64,000 bases of DNA, taken from Malacoraja senta. Its lineage: Eukaryota. A program made the translations under genes and the position numbers. Each line of letters begins with the position of its first letter. Positions within the stretch are counted from its first letter, which is position 1. The notes under the pieces were generated by a model, which worked only from the letters and a program-made list of their open reading frames with translations, made no database searches and was not told where the DNA came from. Below, piece by piece: positions 1 to 13,625 of the stretch. The stretch lies in contig CM075998.1 in NCBI GenBank assembly GCA_038087875.1, positions 5,954,001-6,018,000 of the forward strand, given 5' to 3'.

Positions 1-1169
1 GAGGAAGTACAGGCTCCATATAGACAAGCACCAGTAGTCGGGATGGAACCTGGGTATCTAGCGCTGCAAGCGTTGTAAGGCAGTAACTCTACCACCGAGC
101 CACCGTGTTGCCCGTATGATGGCGACGGAGCTGGCTGTTCCTCTCCTGTTCTGCTTGGAGAATCCAAAGGTCAGCATACAGATGAATGCAAGGAATTAAA
201 ATCTGCTAACCATGCTACAAGCTACCCTTGACTAGTAATATTTTGCATATTAGCCGACATTAGTCGACATCTCAAGAATCATCCACAATACTGCGACCAC
301 TGCAGTACTGAGTCAGATGTTGTTGGCCTGGGTCACACATGACAGCTCGCCAGTACTTCCAGCTCACCCAGATGATACTTTAAACTACATGTAGGTACTT
401 CACATGGGGAACGATGGTTTTGCAATTGCAATGTTGTGCAGACTCTTCATTTAACCCACTTACAACATTTACTGTGCATTAAAATCAGCCCGTGGCATAA
501 TTTCAATTTTCCCTGGTGTCCAGGCCCATCCATTCATTCCTTGATCAATGTACACAAGAACAGATTAAATGCTCTTATGAGAGATTTGTAGTACCTCTGA
601 TAACAACTAAATATATAGTGATATCTGAACTGCAATTAGTCCAATTGCCTTTATTTCTCCCAATCCCATTGTAGCCCTTTGGCAAAGGATCTGCGGCTCT
701 GAACTTTCCTAATGACCATGTTTGAAGAAGGGTCCTGATCCAAAGCATTGCCTGGTCATTCCCTCCCCAGTTGATGTTTTCAAGAGAGAGTTAGATTTAG
801 CTCTTAGGGGCTATGGGGAGAAAGCAGGAACGGGGTACTGATTTTGGATGATCAGCCATGATCACATTGAATGGCGGTGCTGGCCCGAAGGGCCGAATGG
901 CCCACTCCTGCACCTATTGTTATGTTTCTATGTTGCTTGACCCACTGAGCTCCTCCAGCATCTTGTGTTTTGGCCGTATATTTCTGCTTCTGCTGTTTCC
1001 AATCAATTCTGTGAGTAAGATTTTCTCCTTCGACATACTCAAGCTCAAATGGAACTAACATTTGCAATGATGTGCACAGTACAAGGCCTTTATACAATTT
1101 GAATTTGACATAAAACACCCAAAACTGGTGCAGTATTTCAAGTTTACGCATGATATTAGCAGGAGTCAT

Positions 1170-1760
1170 CATGAGATCTAATGCGGTCATTGGAAATTGT
1201 GCAACATGATGCTATCACTCGTCACATTGTTAACGCATTCACTGAAGTGTACAAGATGACTGGCCCTGTACTCAACAAGACAAACTTCCTCTGCTTCCCA
1301 CTCCCCCCACCGATAAAGCTTTGTGGCAATGCCCTGGAACTAGTGCACCAATTCCCATATTTGGGTCGCACCTCACAGCAAAGACAGTTATTGACGATGA
1401 AATTCACCACCGCCTTCAACCCGCCCGCACAGCCTGTGGTCGACTGAGGAAAAGATTGTTGGATCTCAATAGGCCTGAGACAAGCTCATGGTCTACTTGG
1501 CTGAAGCAATCACTGCCCCTCTATATGTTTTTGTGACCTACAGCAGGTAAACTCAAGGTCGGGGAGAAATACAGGTGTCTAAACCATGCGGCTTGCTCAA
1601 TGACCAAGTATAACCAGGGCCTCGTTGGGGATATTGACCTTGGAGAGAACACTAATGTCAGTGTACTTCGCCTTAGAGGATTCTACAAGGCCAATATCCC
1701 CAATGAGGCCCTGGTTATACTCAGCCATTGAGCAAGCCACGTTGTTTACACACCTGATAC
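1170..1760 (+). mobile_element. Decayed RTE-clade LINE RT fragment
   Basis: Joined frames read LELVHQFPYLGSHLTAKTVIDDEIHHRLQPARTACGRLRKRL, typical of the RTE/BovB post-RT region. Frameshifted. Confidence 0.7.
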
Positions 1761-4258
1761 CAGACTCCCAAAACAGACACCCTACTCTGAGCTCTGTGAA
1801 GGGAGGAGGTTACCAGATGGACAGAGGAAAAGATTCTGAGGGAATCCTGAGGGAGATGCGAGACTGCAGATGCTGGAATCTGGAGAAAAACCCAGACTGT
1901 TCTAAGAACTCAGCAGGTCAGGCTGCACCCTCGGTGGGTCAGTGGCACAGTGGGTAGAGCTGCTGCCTCTGCACCAGAGGCCCGGGTTCGATTCTGACCT
2001 CGGGCGCTGTCAGTGTGGAGTTTGCCCGCTCTCCCTGTGACCTGTGTGGGTTTCCTCCGGGTGCCCCGGTTCCTCCACATCCCAAAGGTGTGCGGGTTTG
2101 TGGGTTATCGGCCCTCTGTAAACTGCCCCGAGTGTGTAGGGAGTGGATGAGAAAGTGGGATAACACAGAACTGGTGTATGAACGGGTGGTCGATGGTCAG
2201 TGGGCCGAATGGCCTGTTTCCATGCTGTATTCCTAAACTAAAACTAAATCTGTGAAGGTAAGGAGGGGGGAGGGGGGCGGTCGATGTTTCAAGTGTTTCA
2301 AGTCAGTGCTGCTTTGTCCTGCTGAGTTCTTTCAGCAGTTTATTTTTGCTCAATCTCTGGGGATTGTCTAAGAAAAGGAAGTTGATTCACAAGGTAACGA
2401 CATGCCAACTCTCATCGTGGAGTCACAGTCAAGTCCCACAGCAACTCACTGCACAAAAGTAGGAACAGAGATGAAAACGGTTGACACATCCCTCAAAAAG
2501 CTGACAGTTCATTTCAGAGACGCCAGATACCATAGACACCGCAATCTTGAGCACAAAACAAACTGATGGAGGAACTTGAAGATAGACACAAAATGCTGGA
2601 GTAACTCAGCGGGACAGGCAGCATCTCTGGAGAGAAGGAATAGGTGACGTTTCGGGTCGAGACCCAGCTACTCCAGCTTTTTGTGTCTACCAGCATCTGC
2701 AGTTCTTTCCAGCACATGATGGAGGAACTCAATGAGTCAGGCAGGGAAATGGGCAGATGATGTTTCAAGTCGGGACCCTTCCTCAGACTGATGTAGCAAG
2801 AGGGGAGATTCACTGGTGGAAAGAGATGAGGGGAAGGGGTGGGGCAAGTGAATTGGGAATCCAGGTAAGCAGGGGTTGATTGGCAAAAGAAGGGTGTTGA
2901 TAGTAGCCAATGCTGGAGGTGATATGTGGCAGCAACAGTGGTGCAGCTGATAGAACTGCCGCCGCCTCACAGCGCCAGAGAAACCCGGGTTCCATCCTGT
3001 CCTCGGGTGTGGAGTTTGCACGTTCTCCCTGTGACTGGTTTCCTCCCACATCCCAAAGACATGCAGCTCTGTGGGTTAACTGGCCCTCTGTAAAACTGCC
3101 CCTCATGTGTAGGGAGGGTGCAAAAGTGGGACCTAGTGTGAATGGGTGATGGTCAACGTGGACTCGGTGGGCTGAAGGGCCTGCTTCCATGCTGTACCTC
3201 TAATCTAAACTCAAATGAAAGTGGAGAAGACAAAAGAGTACAAGTGGAGGAATGATAAGAAAGAAAGATTGGGGGGGGGGGGGGAGAGAGAGAAATGTAG
3301 AACCAGATGGAGGGTTGGTGGGTAGATGGGAATGGGGTGGGGGCGTGAAAAAGAGGTGGGGGCAATTTTCCCAGAGTAGGGAGTTTATTCATAAAATATA
3401 CAAACAAAAACTATGGAAAATTCTTGATATGTTCTCAGTGTTCACACATTCAATCTTGCTGGGGTTATACCCAGTATTGTTTGCATCTCCTCTTTTACTT
3501 TACACAGCTAAATTGCAGACACCATTTCAAGTCGAGACACTTATTAGACTGTTGGTAGTAGGGAAAGAGAGGTAGTTGTGGGACAGAGCCTGGCAAGTGA
3601 TAGGTGGATACAGGGGAGGGGAGAAGGTCGGAAGAGAAAGTTGTGAAGTGTAAAGCTGGAGGGAGTGATGTGTGGGGGAGGGGGTGGAGGAGAAAGGGTC
3701 ATGCAAGAGAAATGGGGCCTCAGATATGGTCGTAAGGCGAGGAAAAGAGCAGGGTGGGAAGAGGAAGTTGAATTGGAGAATTGAGTGTGTTGGGCTGTAG
3801 GTTAACAAAGTGGACGTGAGGTGCTGATCTTCCCATTTGCGTGTTAAAACACGACGTGCTTGTACCTCACAGGCAGCTTTTAAACCTTTAACATCGGGGT
3901 CTGGTGAACTTGGATGGAATATGGATGAGGTGGACAATGGGGAGGGAGAGAGGGACGGCTTTGAATGTGTGACAACGTGCAAACCAACCATTCACCCAGT
4001 CAATCGCCAAGCGTTTTATTGGGCGTTGAAGTCAGCTGTTACAATTTTGTTTTTGGGGAAAAAAAAACCAAGCAGCGAATTAAAACCATCATTCTCAAAA
4101 AATTAAGTACGATTTTATTGCAAAGAGACAAAGCCATTTGTGTGGGGTTTGTGTTTTGTGTTTTTGTGTTTGTGTAAGTGTCCCTTCTGAACCAAGTCAG
4201 CCAGGAGGATGTCTGTTGTGTTTCTGCCTGTGTAGTGCAGGGGCTGGGATGTTGACTT

Positions 4259-4259
<1 letters not shown>

Positions 4260-4293
<34 letters not shown>

Positions 4294-4434
4294 GTGGGGA
4301 AGCCTCCTGTCCCTTTAAGTAGAAATCGCAGTGGCTTTGACGTCAGACCAGCGGACTGGGGGAAAAGAGGTGTTTGCCAGTCCTCTGCCAGACAGTCTTT
4401 CTGGAGCAAAGTCCTGTGATTGTTGAGCTTTGAG
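4260..4434 (+). promoter_or_regulatory. Candidate CD63 promoter / non-coding first exon with perfect CRE site and (GT)n tract
   Basis: (TG)n at about 4260-4296, palindromic TGACGTCA at 4338-4345, donor-like GAG|GTAGGG at 4434/4435 upstream of the acceptor at 4817. The region is locally CpG-richer and free of recognisable TEs. The TSS itself cannot be read from sequence. Confidence 0.45.
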
Positions 4435-4844
4435 GTAGGGATCCAGACTTTCTCTCGGCAGCCCAAAAAAAATAAAAAATAAAAAATAAAAAGCAACAAG
4501 ACAGTCGAGTCGATGTTGGAAATCTGCTGCGAAGTGTGTTCCACCCGAATCTCGCACTCTGCTGAGCATTTCCAGTTAATCTTTAATATCTTGACATCGC
4601 CTGTTTCATTTTGCCTTTGCGTTGTGTTTCTGGCTGCCCCCCGGTGGGGAATGAGACGCCAATCCCTGCCAGATTGGAGGGGATTGTGGCGAGGGATCTG
4701 CTTTTCAGCCACGTCTTTAGGCTGTGGTGTTGGCTCTAGACGTTCCCCCCATCCACAGACCTTTCAACTATCCAAGCTTGTGTTTCTAATACGTGAATGT
4801 TTTTTGTTTCTCTCCAGATTATCGTCCCAAGTGAAGAAAAAAAA

Positions 4845-4910
4845 ATGACTCTGGAAGGAGGAATGAAATGCGTCAAGTACTTAATGTTCGTGTTTAACTT
4901 CTTGTTTTGG
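4845..4910 (+). CDS. CD63: CD63 tetraspanin, first coding exon (MTLEGGMKCVKYLMFVFNFLFW)
   Basis: Acceptor ttttgtttctctccAG ends at 4817, ATG at 4845 with A at -3, donor TGG|GTGAGT at 4910/4911. The peptide matches the CD63 N-terminus (human MAVEGGMKCVKFLL); 66 coding nt, phase 0. Confidence 0.95.
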
Positions 4911-7900
4911 GTGAGTTAAAAAAAAAATATATATATATTTTTCGCTGCTAATTTCCCTTTTAACTGTGTCTTGTTTTGGTGATGAAACACAACTTCGTTT
5001 GGTAAAACTTTGAATAATGTTTTGAAGTAACATCTAGTAGTGTTGAGAGTGAGCCGGGTAAATGGCGACATTTAGATACCTTTAACGCTTTATTTGCTAC
5101 GGATAATCTTGTAGTCTTTTGCAACACAGATTTTCAGTTCTACACTTGGCATTCGCCGACATTAAATCGCTCTTGCCTTCGCCTTTCTGGTTAAAAAAAA
5201 AAAAAAACCCAACTCCAAAGCAAGTGCTCTTTATTTTTGCCCCAAAAAGTGAAACCATCGGCTACGTGGACAATTTTATGGGAAATTCAGAAATTGCTGC
5301 TTGAGCTGCATTCTCCACTTGGCTCAGTGTTAGAGCTTGTACATTGCTTTTCGTCAAAGGGGGGAGAGAATTGTATGTGAGGCGGAGGAAATGCCATTGT
5401 TTTGGGGAGGGTGGGGGGGGTTATGTGAGAAGAAGGATTTTCTTTTACGAACGCCAGGGTGTTGAGGATTTATTCAAAAATCGTACGGTGACCATTCATT
5501 CTGTGTCTCCTCTGACCAGGCATGTCTCTTCCACTTGTAACTGCGACAACCTACTGTTTCCTAATGGGCAAACTCGAGAGCGAGGGTGGGGTGGGATTGA
5601 ATGGGGCTGATTGGAGGGAGTTGAGGGACCGGGGTTAACTCCTGAACGTGTGGCAAGGAATTGCCTCTGCCTGTTTTCGTGACTGACTTCACCATTGCAT
5701 CAGCTGTACTGGAAGTGGAGGTTTTAGTCTTGTGCTGCTTGTTTCCAGAATTGTCATCCAGGGAATGTGCTGTGATTCCCCTTTCTTGAGTGATTCAGAA
5801 CCATGTGGCTGAGATCATCATGAACTATAAGTGAGGCATGAGGCATGATGCTTGTGATGAGTTGGTTTGTGTTGTAATCATTGTAGTTTAACCAACTAAT
5901 CGTAGACCTCTACAGCATGATTGCATGCCCCTTTGGCCCACCTCATCCACGCTGACCAGCTTTTACAAGCGAGCTAGTTCCATTTGCCTGAATTTGGCCC
6001 ATATCCTTTTGATCTTTCTGATCCATGTACCTGACCAAATGTCATTGAAGCATCACCATTGTACCTGGCTATACTGTGCCCTGTGGCAGCTCAGTCTATA
6101 CACACCCTCTGTGTGAAGAAATTACCTCGTGTCTCATATTTTTCTTCTCACTTTAACCAATTCTGGACTTCTCTATGCTGGTAAAATCATTGATCTTATC
6201 TCTGCCTGTGATTTTGTATACCTTCAGCTTCTTGCGCTCCTACAATGTCCCAGCCTCTCCTTCATAACTCAAGCCTCGAGTCCTGTGAATCTTTTCTGCG
6301 CCCTTTCCAACCTAATGATATCCTTACTGTAGCGGGGTGATTCGAACAGCACGCAATAAATATAGATGCCTGTTGTGCCTTGTATGTACTTCTACAGCCA
6401 GTAGACACACATGTCCCTATTGTGTCTCACATTTCTTTCAAGTGTTGCCACCTGTTTTGGAAGGGTACCCTTGCTAAAAATACTCACTATTTTTCCACTT
6501 TCCCTTTTCTGGCCTAATGTTCGCTGGTGGCCTTCGTTATTTTCTCTGAATTGCTCACCATGAACAATCACGATTGGTCCTGTTCAAGATGCGGACCTGG
6601 TGATGTGTGTAATGTGTTTGTTTGCCTAAGGTAGTTCAACACTCTGCTGGGCTGATCCAAGTTTGCACTTTCAACAAAAGTGTTGCATGGAGGTAGTACC
6701 TAGTGTAACAGTTCAACTGGTGTGAAACCACTTCTTCACACCTTGAGTTTTAAGAGGCAGGCAATATGCCAACAGCCTGTTATTAGCATGAAGTGCAGAC
6801 AGGGGTGATTAGTGTTTTTAATGTCAACTGATCTTGAGGCACTATTGGGTAGTGGAAATAAGTGTTTGGTGGGGGGGAGAGAGAGAGAGAGAAATACAAG
6901 ACTATGGTTTCCTGTAGCTTTATTTTGGGTAATGCAGCAAAGTTTGGTGATTTCTATCTTTTTTTCTCGCTGGATGGGAAAGGGTTGTGTGAAAGGCTTT
7001 AATGTGTTTGAGCATTATTCCTTCGCAAATGGCTGAAGCCAGAACATTGGCACACTGCTATAACCTTGGGCCAGAAGGTTATAAGCAGTTGTACACCACC
7101 TAGATTTCCATTTTCCCTGTGGAAACCACAGTCATTTGGGTTCCCCTCCCCCACCCACCCATATGTTGGGGGTGCTTTCCATAAGGCAGAGAAGTGGAGT
7201 TGTAGGGTAGAAGCATCAGACAACTGGGCTGGCCACGCTTTCTTGTCAAGATTTCCCCGCGCGTTATGAAATAATTGAAGAGAGCCAGTTTTATAGTTAC
7301 TCCTTCTGTTTCCCCCCAGGCGACAATCCTTAAATTTGCAACTTCTGGTTATTTTGCAACGTCCTGTTTTTTTCCACCCCGCCCAATAAATGAGACTTTA
7401 TTCCTCCCTTTTCCCCCTCCCCCCCACCAAAAAATAAATAATTGCAAGCCTCAAAGAAAATGTTGCCTGGGTGACTCGAAGCAGTGCCCAGGGGATTAGT
7501 CTCCATGGAGGCCTGGTAATCTTGGAACATTGCAAAAACGTGGGGGCTTTGCCCCCTTTCTCTCCTTGTTCCTTCAGTAATTCAATACCACATGATCTTT
7601 GATTTTCTTTGTGTTATTGAGCTTGTTTAACTACTGACCTGTGTCCATTAAGTAATGGGACACCAGTTTAGTTCAACTCGGCTCACCTGTGGCAAGTAAC
7701 TTTTTGCCCTCGGAGTTGGCAGGACTGAACCCCTTTTCAGTTTTCAAATCTCTAACACTTTAACTAATTATACTTTGCGTTAAATACTCAAAGACACTCT
7801 ACTGGTAGTGTGGCAGCAGTAATAAAAGGTACCACGACTGGCTTGCAGCTGTGTTTGCGTACACTGGTAGGGGTTTGGCCATGTGGATGCTGCTTTTCAA

Positions 7901-8010
7901 TAAACTTGCTGGTTTGCCATCTTGTGTGCCATCTGCTGTTGACAGAAGTTGTATTGCCCTTTTTAGCCTATTTTGCAGTGTATATAGCAGGCAGTTAAGC
8001 TGCCCAGTTC

Positions 8011-8423
8011 TTTTTTTTTTTTTTTTTTTTTAATTTTTATTTATTAGAAGTACATTACATTACAACCACATACATTAATACTCGTCATTTATATCTTCTT
8101 ACAATTAATGTACTCCCTTTATTTATTTTTTTACACTAGAGAAAGAAAAGATTGAAAGAGAGAAGAAAGTGAAGGAAAAAGTGCAAGTGTAGAAAAGTGT
8201 AGAAAATGTAACAACAAAAAAGGACGAAGTCCCTATGAGAGCGAAATTAAAAACAAAAAGAAAAAGAGTTAAGAAATAGGCCTAAGAAAAGAAAAGAGAA
8301 AGAGAAAAAAAGAAAAACAAAATGTTTTTTTTTGAGCATCACGTAAATAGGACATACAACTCTTCAACTATCATCCCCCTTACCCGACCTCAATTTTTTA
8401 TTTTTTTAAAGTACTTTTGCACC
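8011..8423 (-). mobile_element. Poly(A)-tailed retroposed fragment (L1/Tx1-like 3' UTR) with 15-bp TSD
   Basis: TAAGCTGCCCAGTTC at 7996-8010 and 8424-8438 flanks the insert. The minus strand ends with AATAAA followed by a long A run. Confidence 0.8.
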
Positions 8424-10197
8424 TAAGCTGCCCAGTTCAATGGCCAGCTTGACCTGGTTGCTAATTTTGTTTAGGAATTGAAGTTGAAGTAATTAAATCT
8501 AATGCATCTAGTCTGGTGACTGAAACATGTATGCCTTTAAAAATTTTTTTTTAAATCCTCACTGGTGCATCTCTTGCCCAATTGGGCATCTGAGCCAGAA
8601 CCAAGTAACGTGGTTGACTTGTAACTGCTCTCTTTAATGGCAAGTTCCCATGTTCAAGGGCAATTGGGGGTGGGCTGGGTGACACAGCTGGTAGAGTTGC
8701 TGCCTTGCAGTGCCAGGGTTCGATCCTGACCTCTGGTGTGAAATGTGTGGAGTTTGCATGTTCTCCTGTGACCACGTGGATTTACTCTTGAGTACTCCGG
8801 TTTCCTCCCACATTCCAAAGACGTGCAGGTTTGTAGGTTAATTGGCCCCCTGTAAATTGCCCCAAATGTGTAGGGAGTGGATGAGAAAATGGAATAACAC
8901 AGAACTAGTGATCGATGGTCAGCGTGGGCCAAAGGGCCTGTTTCCCTGCTGTATCTCTAAACTAAAAGTGGCCTGTGTGTAAATAGCCTGATTTAAACCT
9001 AATTTCTCATACTTCTGTGGAAACTTGTTTACTACGAGGTTGTCGACAACACTTTCAGAGTGCGTGAGCTGTTGTCTGGAGGTCATGGAAGGTGTTTCTT
9101 TAAAATCCAATCTCTCCTTTTTAAAGGAGAGTTGCATGCTAGAATTTGTTTTAGTGGGAACAGAACACAGCTTTGTGTCAGCGCAGTTTACTATTACTGA
9201 GATGTGTAAGCAACCTGCCAGGAACTCGAGGCCTAACAACATCTTGTTGCAAGGCTGATGTGTTAGTCTTCGTGCTGGCTCAGGGAGTTTCCGTTTGAAC
9301 TTCACAGGGCAGAGGGGGAGGGGTAAAACCCAAATAATCATCAACTTTGTCTTTCCGGCGTTAGATTGCAATCAATGCACTCAGTTTGTGATTATAACAC
9401 TCCTCCCAGCAAAAGTATAATTTATAACCTTGTAATGTTCTAGCCAAAGCTTTTCCGTGATGGCAGGGTGGCTACATTACAGCGCAGTTGCACCTTCTCC
9501 CCTTGACCGTGTGGGTTTTCCCCGAGATCTCCGCTTTCCTTCTACACTCCAAAGACGGTACAAGTTTGTAGGTTAATTGGTTTGGTAAATGTAAATTGTC
9601 CCTCGTGTGTGTGTGCGTAGGGTAGTGTTAATGTGTGGGATCGCTGGTTGGTGCGCACCCAGTGGGCGGAAGGGCCTGTTTCCGTGCTGTATCTCTAAAC
9701 TCAACTCCATGACGTTATTGGGGCATGATCCAATTAAGATGCTTGAGGGACTGAATGGCTTTGTCTTCACTATTGCACTTCAGGATGATTATCTGCCTGG
9801 GCAGAAGGAAGCTGTTCTTAACGAATTCTTTGCCTTCCCAGTTATTTTCCACCTCCACAACTGAAGCCCAGACAGTGTGTCATCGGGTACTTGCCCCACA
9901 TGTGGGAGGAGAATTGTAATTCACTGCTAGCCTAAGCACTTTGTCAGATGCAACTTATAAACTGTTCTGCTGCCTCGCCCACACTGAATGTTACAACACG
10001 TTGTACCCGATTCCTGGTATGGGATGGTCATGTTTGGGAACGAGCTGCAGATGCTGGTTTACACCAAAGATAGGCACAGAATGCTGGAGTAACAGCAGGA
10101 CAGGCAGCATCTCTGGAGAAAAGGAATATGTGATGTTTCCAGCTGGGACCCTTCTTCAGACTGACGTTCAGTCGAGACCCTTCAGCATAAAGAAGGG

Positions 10198-13100
10198 AAT
10201 CATAGTCATGCAGTGTGGAAACAGGCCCCATCTTGCCCACACCGGCCAACAATGTCCCAGCTACACTTGTCCCACTTCCCTGCTGCTCTTGGTCCATATC
10301 CCTCCAAACCTGTCCTATCCATGTACCTGTCTAACTGTTTCTTAAATGATGGGATAGTCCCAGCCTCAACTACCTCCTCTGGCAGCTTGTTCCATACACC
10401 CACCACCCTTTGTGTGAAAAAGTTAACCCTCAGATCCCTATTAAATATTTTCCCCCTTCACCTTAAACCTATGTCCTCTGGTCTCGATTCCCCTACTATG
10501 GGCAAGAGACTCTGTGCATCTACCCGATCTATTCCTCTCATGATTTTGTACACCTCTATAAGATCACCCCTCATCCTCCTGCGCTCCATGGAATAGAGAC
10601 CCAGTCTACTCAACCTGTCCCTATAGCTCACACCCTCTAGTCCTGGCAACATCCTTGTAAATCTTTCTGAACCCTTTCAAGCTTGACAATATCTTTCCTA
10701 TAACATGGTGCCCAGAACTGAACACAATATTCCAAATGCAGTCTCACCAATGTCTTATACAACTGCAACATGACCTCCCAACTTCTATACTCAATACTCT
10801 GAGTGAAGGCCAATGTGACAAAAGCCTTTTTGACCACCTTATCTACCTGTGACTCGACCTTCAAGGAACCATGCACCTGTACTCCTAGATCCCTCTGCTC
10901 TACAACACTACCCAGAGGCCTACCATTTACTGTGTAGGTCCAGCCCTTGTTCGACGCCCCAAAAATGCAACACCTCACACTTCTCTGTATTAAATTCCAT
11001 CAACCATTCCTCCGCCCACCTGGCCAATCGATCCAGATCCTGCTACAATCGTTCACAACCATCTTCACTATCTGCAAACCCACCCACTTTTGTATCATCA
11101 GCAACTTGCTAATCTTGCCCTGTATGTTCTCATCCAAATCATTGATGTAGATGACAAACAGTAACAGGCCCAGCACCGAACCCTGAGGCACACCACTAGT
11201 CACAGGCCTCCAGTCTGAGAAGCAACCTTCCACCATCACCCTCTGCTTCCTTCCATGGAGCCAATTTGCTATCCATTCAGCTATCTCTCCTTGGATGCCA
11301 TGCGATCTAACTTCCAGAGCAGCCTACCATGCGGAACCTTGTCGAATGCCTTGCTGAAGTCCATGTACACAACATCTACAGCTCGGCCCTCATTGACCTT
11401 TTGGTAACGTCTTCACAAAAATCAATCAGATTAGTGAGACACCACCTCCCACGTACAAAACCATGCTGACTATCCCTAATCAGCCCTTGCCCATCCAAAT
11501 GCCTGTATAACCTATAGATGGTAAGCTCACCAGCCTCTAGTTCCCAGCATTTTCTCTGCAGCCTTTCTTGAAAAGAGGCACAACATTTGCCACCCTCCAG
11601 TCTTCCGGCACCTCTCCTGTATTTAAGGACGACTCGTAAATTTCAATCAGGACTCCCGCAATTTCCTCTCCAGTTTCCCGCAATGTCCTCGGATATATCA
11701 GATCAGGCCCTGGAGATTTGTCTACCTTCAAACACGACAGTACCTTCAGTACTTCGTCGACAGTAACCCTGACTGCTCTCAAGACACTTCCATTGACTGT
11801 CCCAAGTTCCTCCGTCCTACTGTCTTTCTCCTCGGTAAATACAGAGGAGAAATACTCATTGAGGACCTTGCCCATCTCATGTGGCTCCACGTAGAGGTGA
11901 CCGCTTTGATTCCTGACAGGTCCCACTCTCTCTCTCTAATTACCCCTTTCCCCCTTGTGTATTTATAAAATCTTTTGGGATTGTCCTTAATGTTACCAGC
12001 CAGAGCTATCTCCTAGCCCCTTTTTGCCCTTCTGATTTCCTTTTTCAGTTTACTTCTTAGTTCCCGAAACTGCTCCAGGGATGCACTTGATCCCAGCTGC
12101 CTATACCTGTCTCATGCATCCTTCTTGTTTTTGACCAATGCCTCAATTTCCCTCGTCAGCCAAGCTTCCTTACATTTGCCTGCTTTGCCCTTCACTCTAA
12201 CGGGGACGTACATACCCTGAGCTTTCTTCAGTACATTTTTTAAAACATCCCACTTGGCCGATGTTCCTTTCCCCTCAAATAACCTGCTCCAGTCAACTTG
12301 AGCGAGACCTTCTCTCATACCCTCAAAGTTGGCCTTACCCCAGTTGAGCATTTTAACACTTGGACCCTCTCCATCCCTATCCATAACTATCTTAAACCTA
12401 ATGGAACTGTGGTCACTGGTCCCAAAAGGCTCTTCCACACACACTTCATTAACTTGCCCTTCCCAATTTCCCAATACTAGATCCAGCGTTGCCCTCTCAC
12501 GTGTGGGGGCCTCCACATACTGCTTAGAAAAACTCTCCTGAACACTTTTGAGGAATTGCACCCCATCTGAACCCTTCACACTATGATTTTCCCAGACTAT
12601 ATTGGGAAAGTTAAAATCTCCTACTACAACAACCTTATTTGACCTGCAGCTGTCTGCAATCTCCCGGCACATTTGTTCTTCTAATTCCCGTCGACTATTC
12701 GGGGGTCTGTGGTACACCCCCAACAAGGTGATCATCCCTTTCTTGTTCCTCAGCTCCACCCACATAGTCTCACTAGACGAACCGTCTGTAATGTCACATC
12801 TGATCACGGCTGTGACATCCTCCTCAACCAATAATGCAATCCCCTCCCTCCTCTTTTTCCCCCACCCCTCTCTCTCCTGAAGCTCCTGTACCCCAGAACA
12901 TTGAGCTGCCAGTCCTGCCCCTCCCTGAACCAGGTTTCAGTCATGTCTACAATGTCCCAGTCGCTCATACCTATCCATGCCCTAAGCTCATCTGCCTTAC
13001 CCGTCAGGCCCCTTGCATTAAAACATGTGCAGTTTAAACCAACCCTCCTTCCTCGCTCTCCGCCTTTCACCTGCCTATTCTGTCCACTAACCTCTCCCAC

Positions 13101-13625
13101 ACCACCCTCCATACCCACTTCTAGCCTCTCACGTGCCTCTGTCCTGCACGAGATCCCACCCCCCTGCCAATCTAGTTTAAACCCTCCCTTGTAGCATTAG
13201 CAAACCTTCCCGCGAGGATGTTGGTCCCCATCCAGTTTAGCTGCAACCCGTCCCTTTAGTACAGGTCACCCCTGCCCCGGAAGAGATCCCAATGATCCAG
13301 TAATCTGAATGTCTGCCCCCAGCACCAACTCCTCAGCCACACATTAATTTCCCCAATCTTCCTGTTCTTACCTTCACTAGCACAAGGTACTGGAAGCAAT
13401 CCTGAGATCACTACCCTGGAGGTCCTGCTTTTCAGTCTGTTCCCCAATTCTGTAAACTCGTGTTGCAGAACCTCCTTCCTCTTCCTATCTATATCGTTTG
13501 TGCCAACATGCACAACAACCTCCGGCTGCTCCCCCTCACTCTTGATGATGCCGTGCAGCCGCTCCGAGACGTCCTGGACCCTGGCACCAGGGAGGCAACA
13601 CACCATCCTGGAATCTCCCCTGCTG
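10198..13625 (-). mobile_element. CR1-clade LINE, 5'-truncated: ORF1 SGNH esterase part, ORF2 APE endonuclease and RT, decayed
   Basis: ORF 13256-13651 (CLPGARVQDV...VVHVGTNDI) is the esterase. 13118-12112 carries NARGL, ETW, GDFN and SDH (APE). [22 protein letters not shown] and LEYCVQFW are RT and C-terminal motifs. Frameshifts and an internal deletion near 11515-11535. Confidence 0.95.

Noticed and set aside
721..760. Degenerate hammerhead-like copies (for example 723, 14100, 23011, 30352, 42076, 51661, 56795)
   Set aside because: Mutations in CUGA, GAAA, stem II or the ACGU palindrome. Counted as repeat copies but not called as ribozymes.
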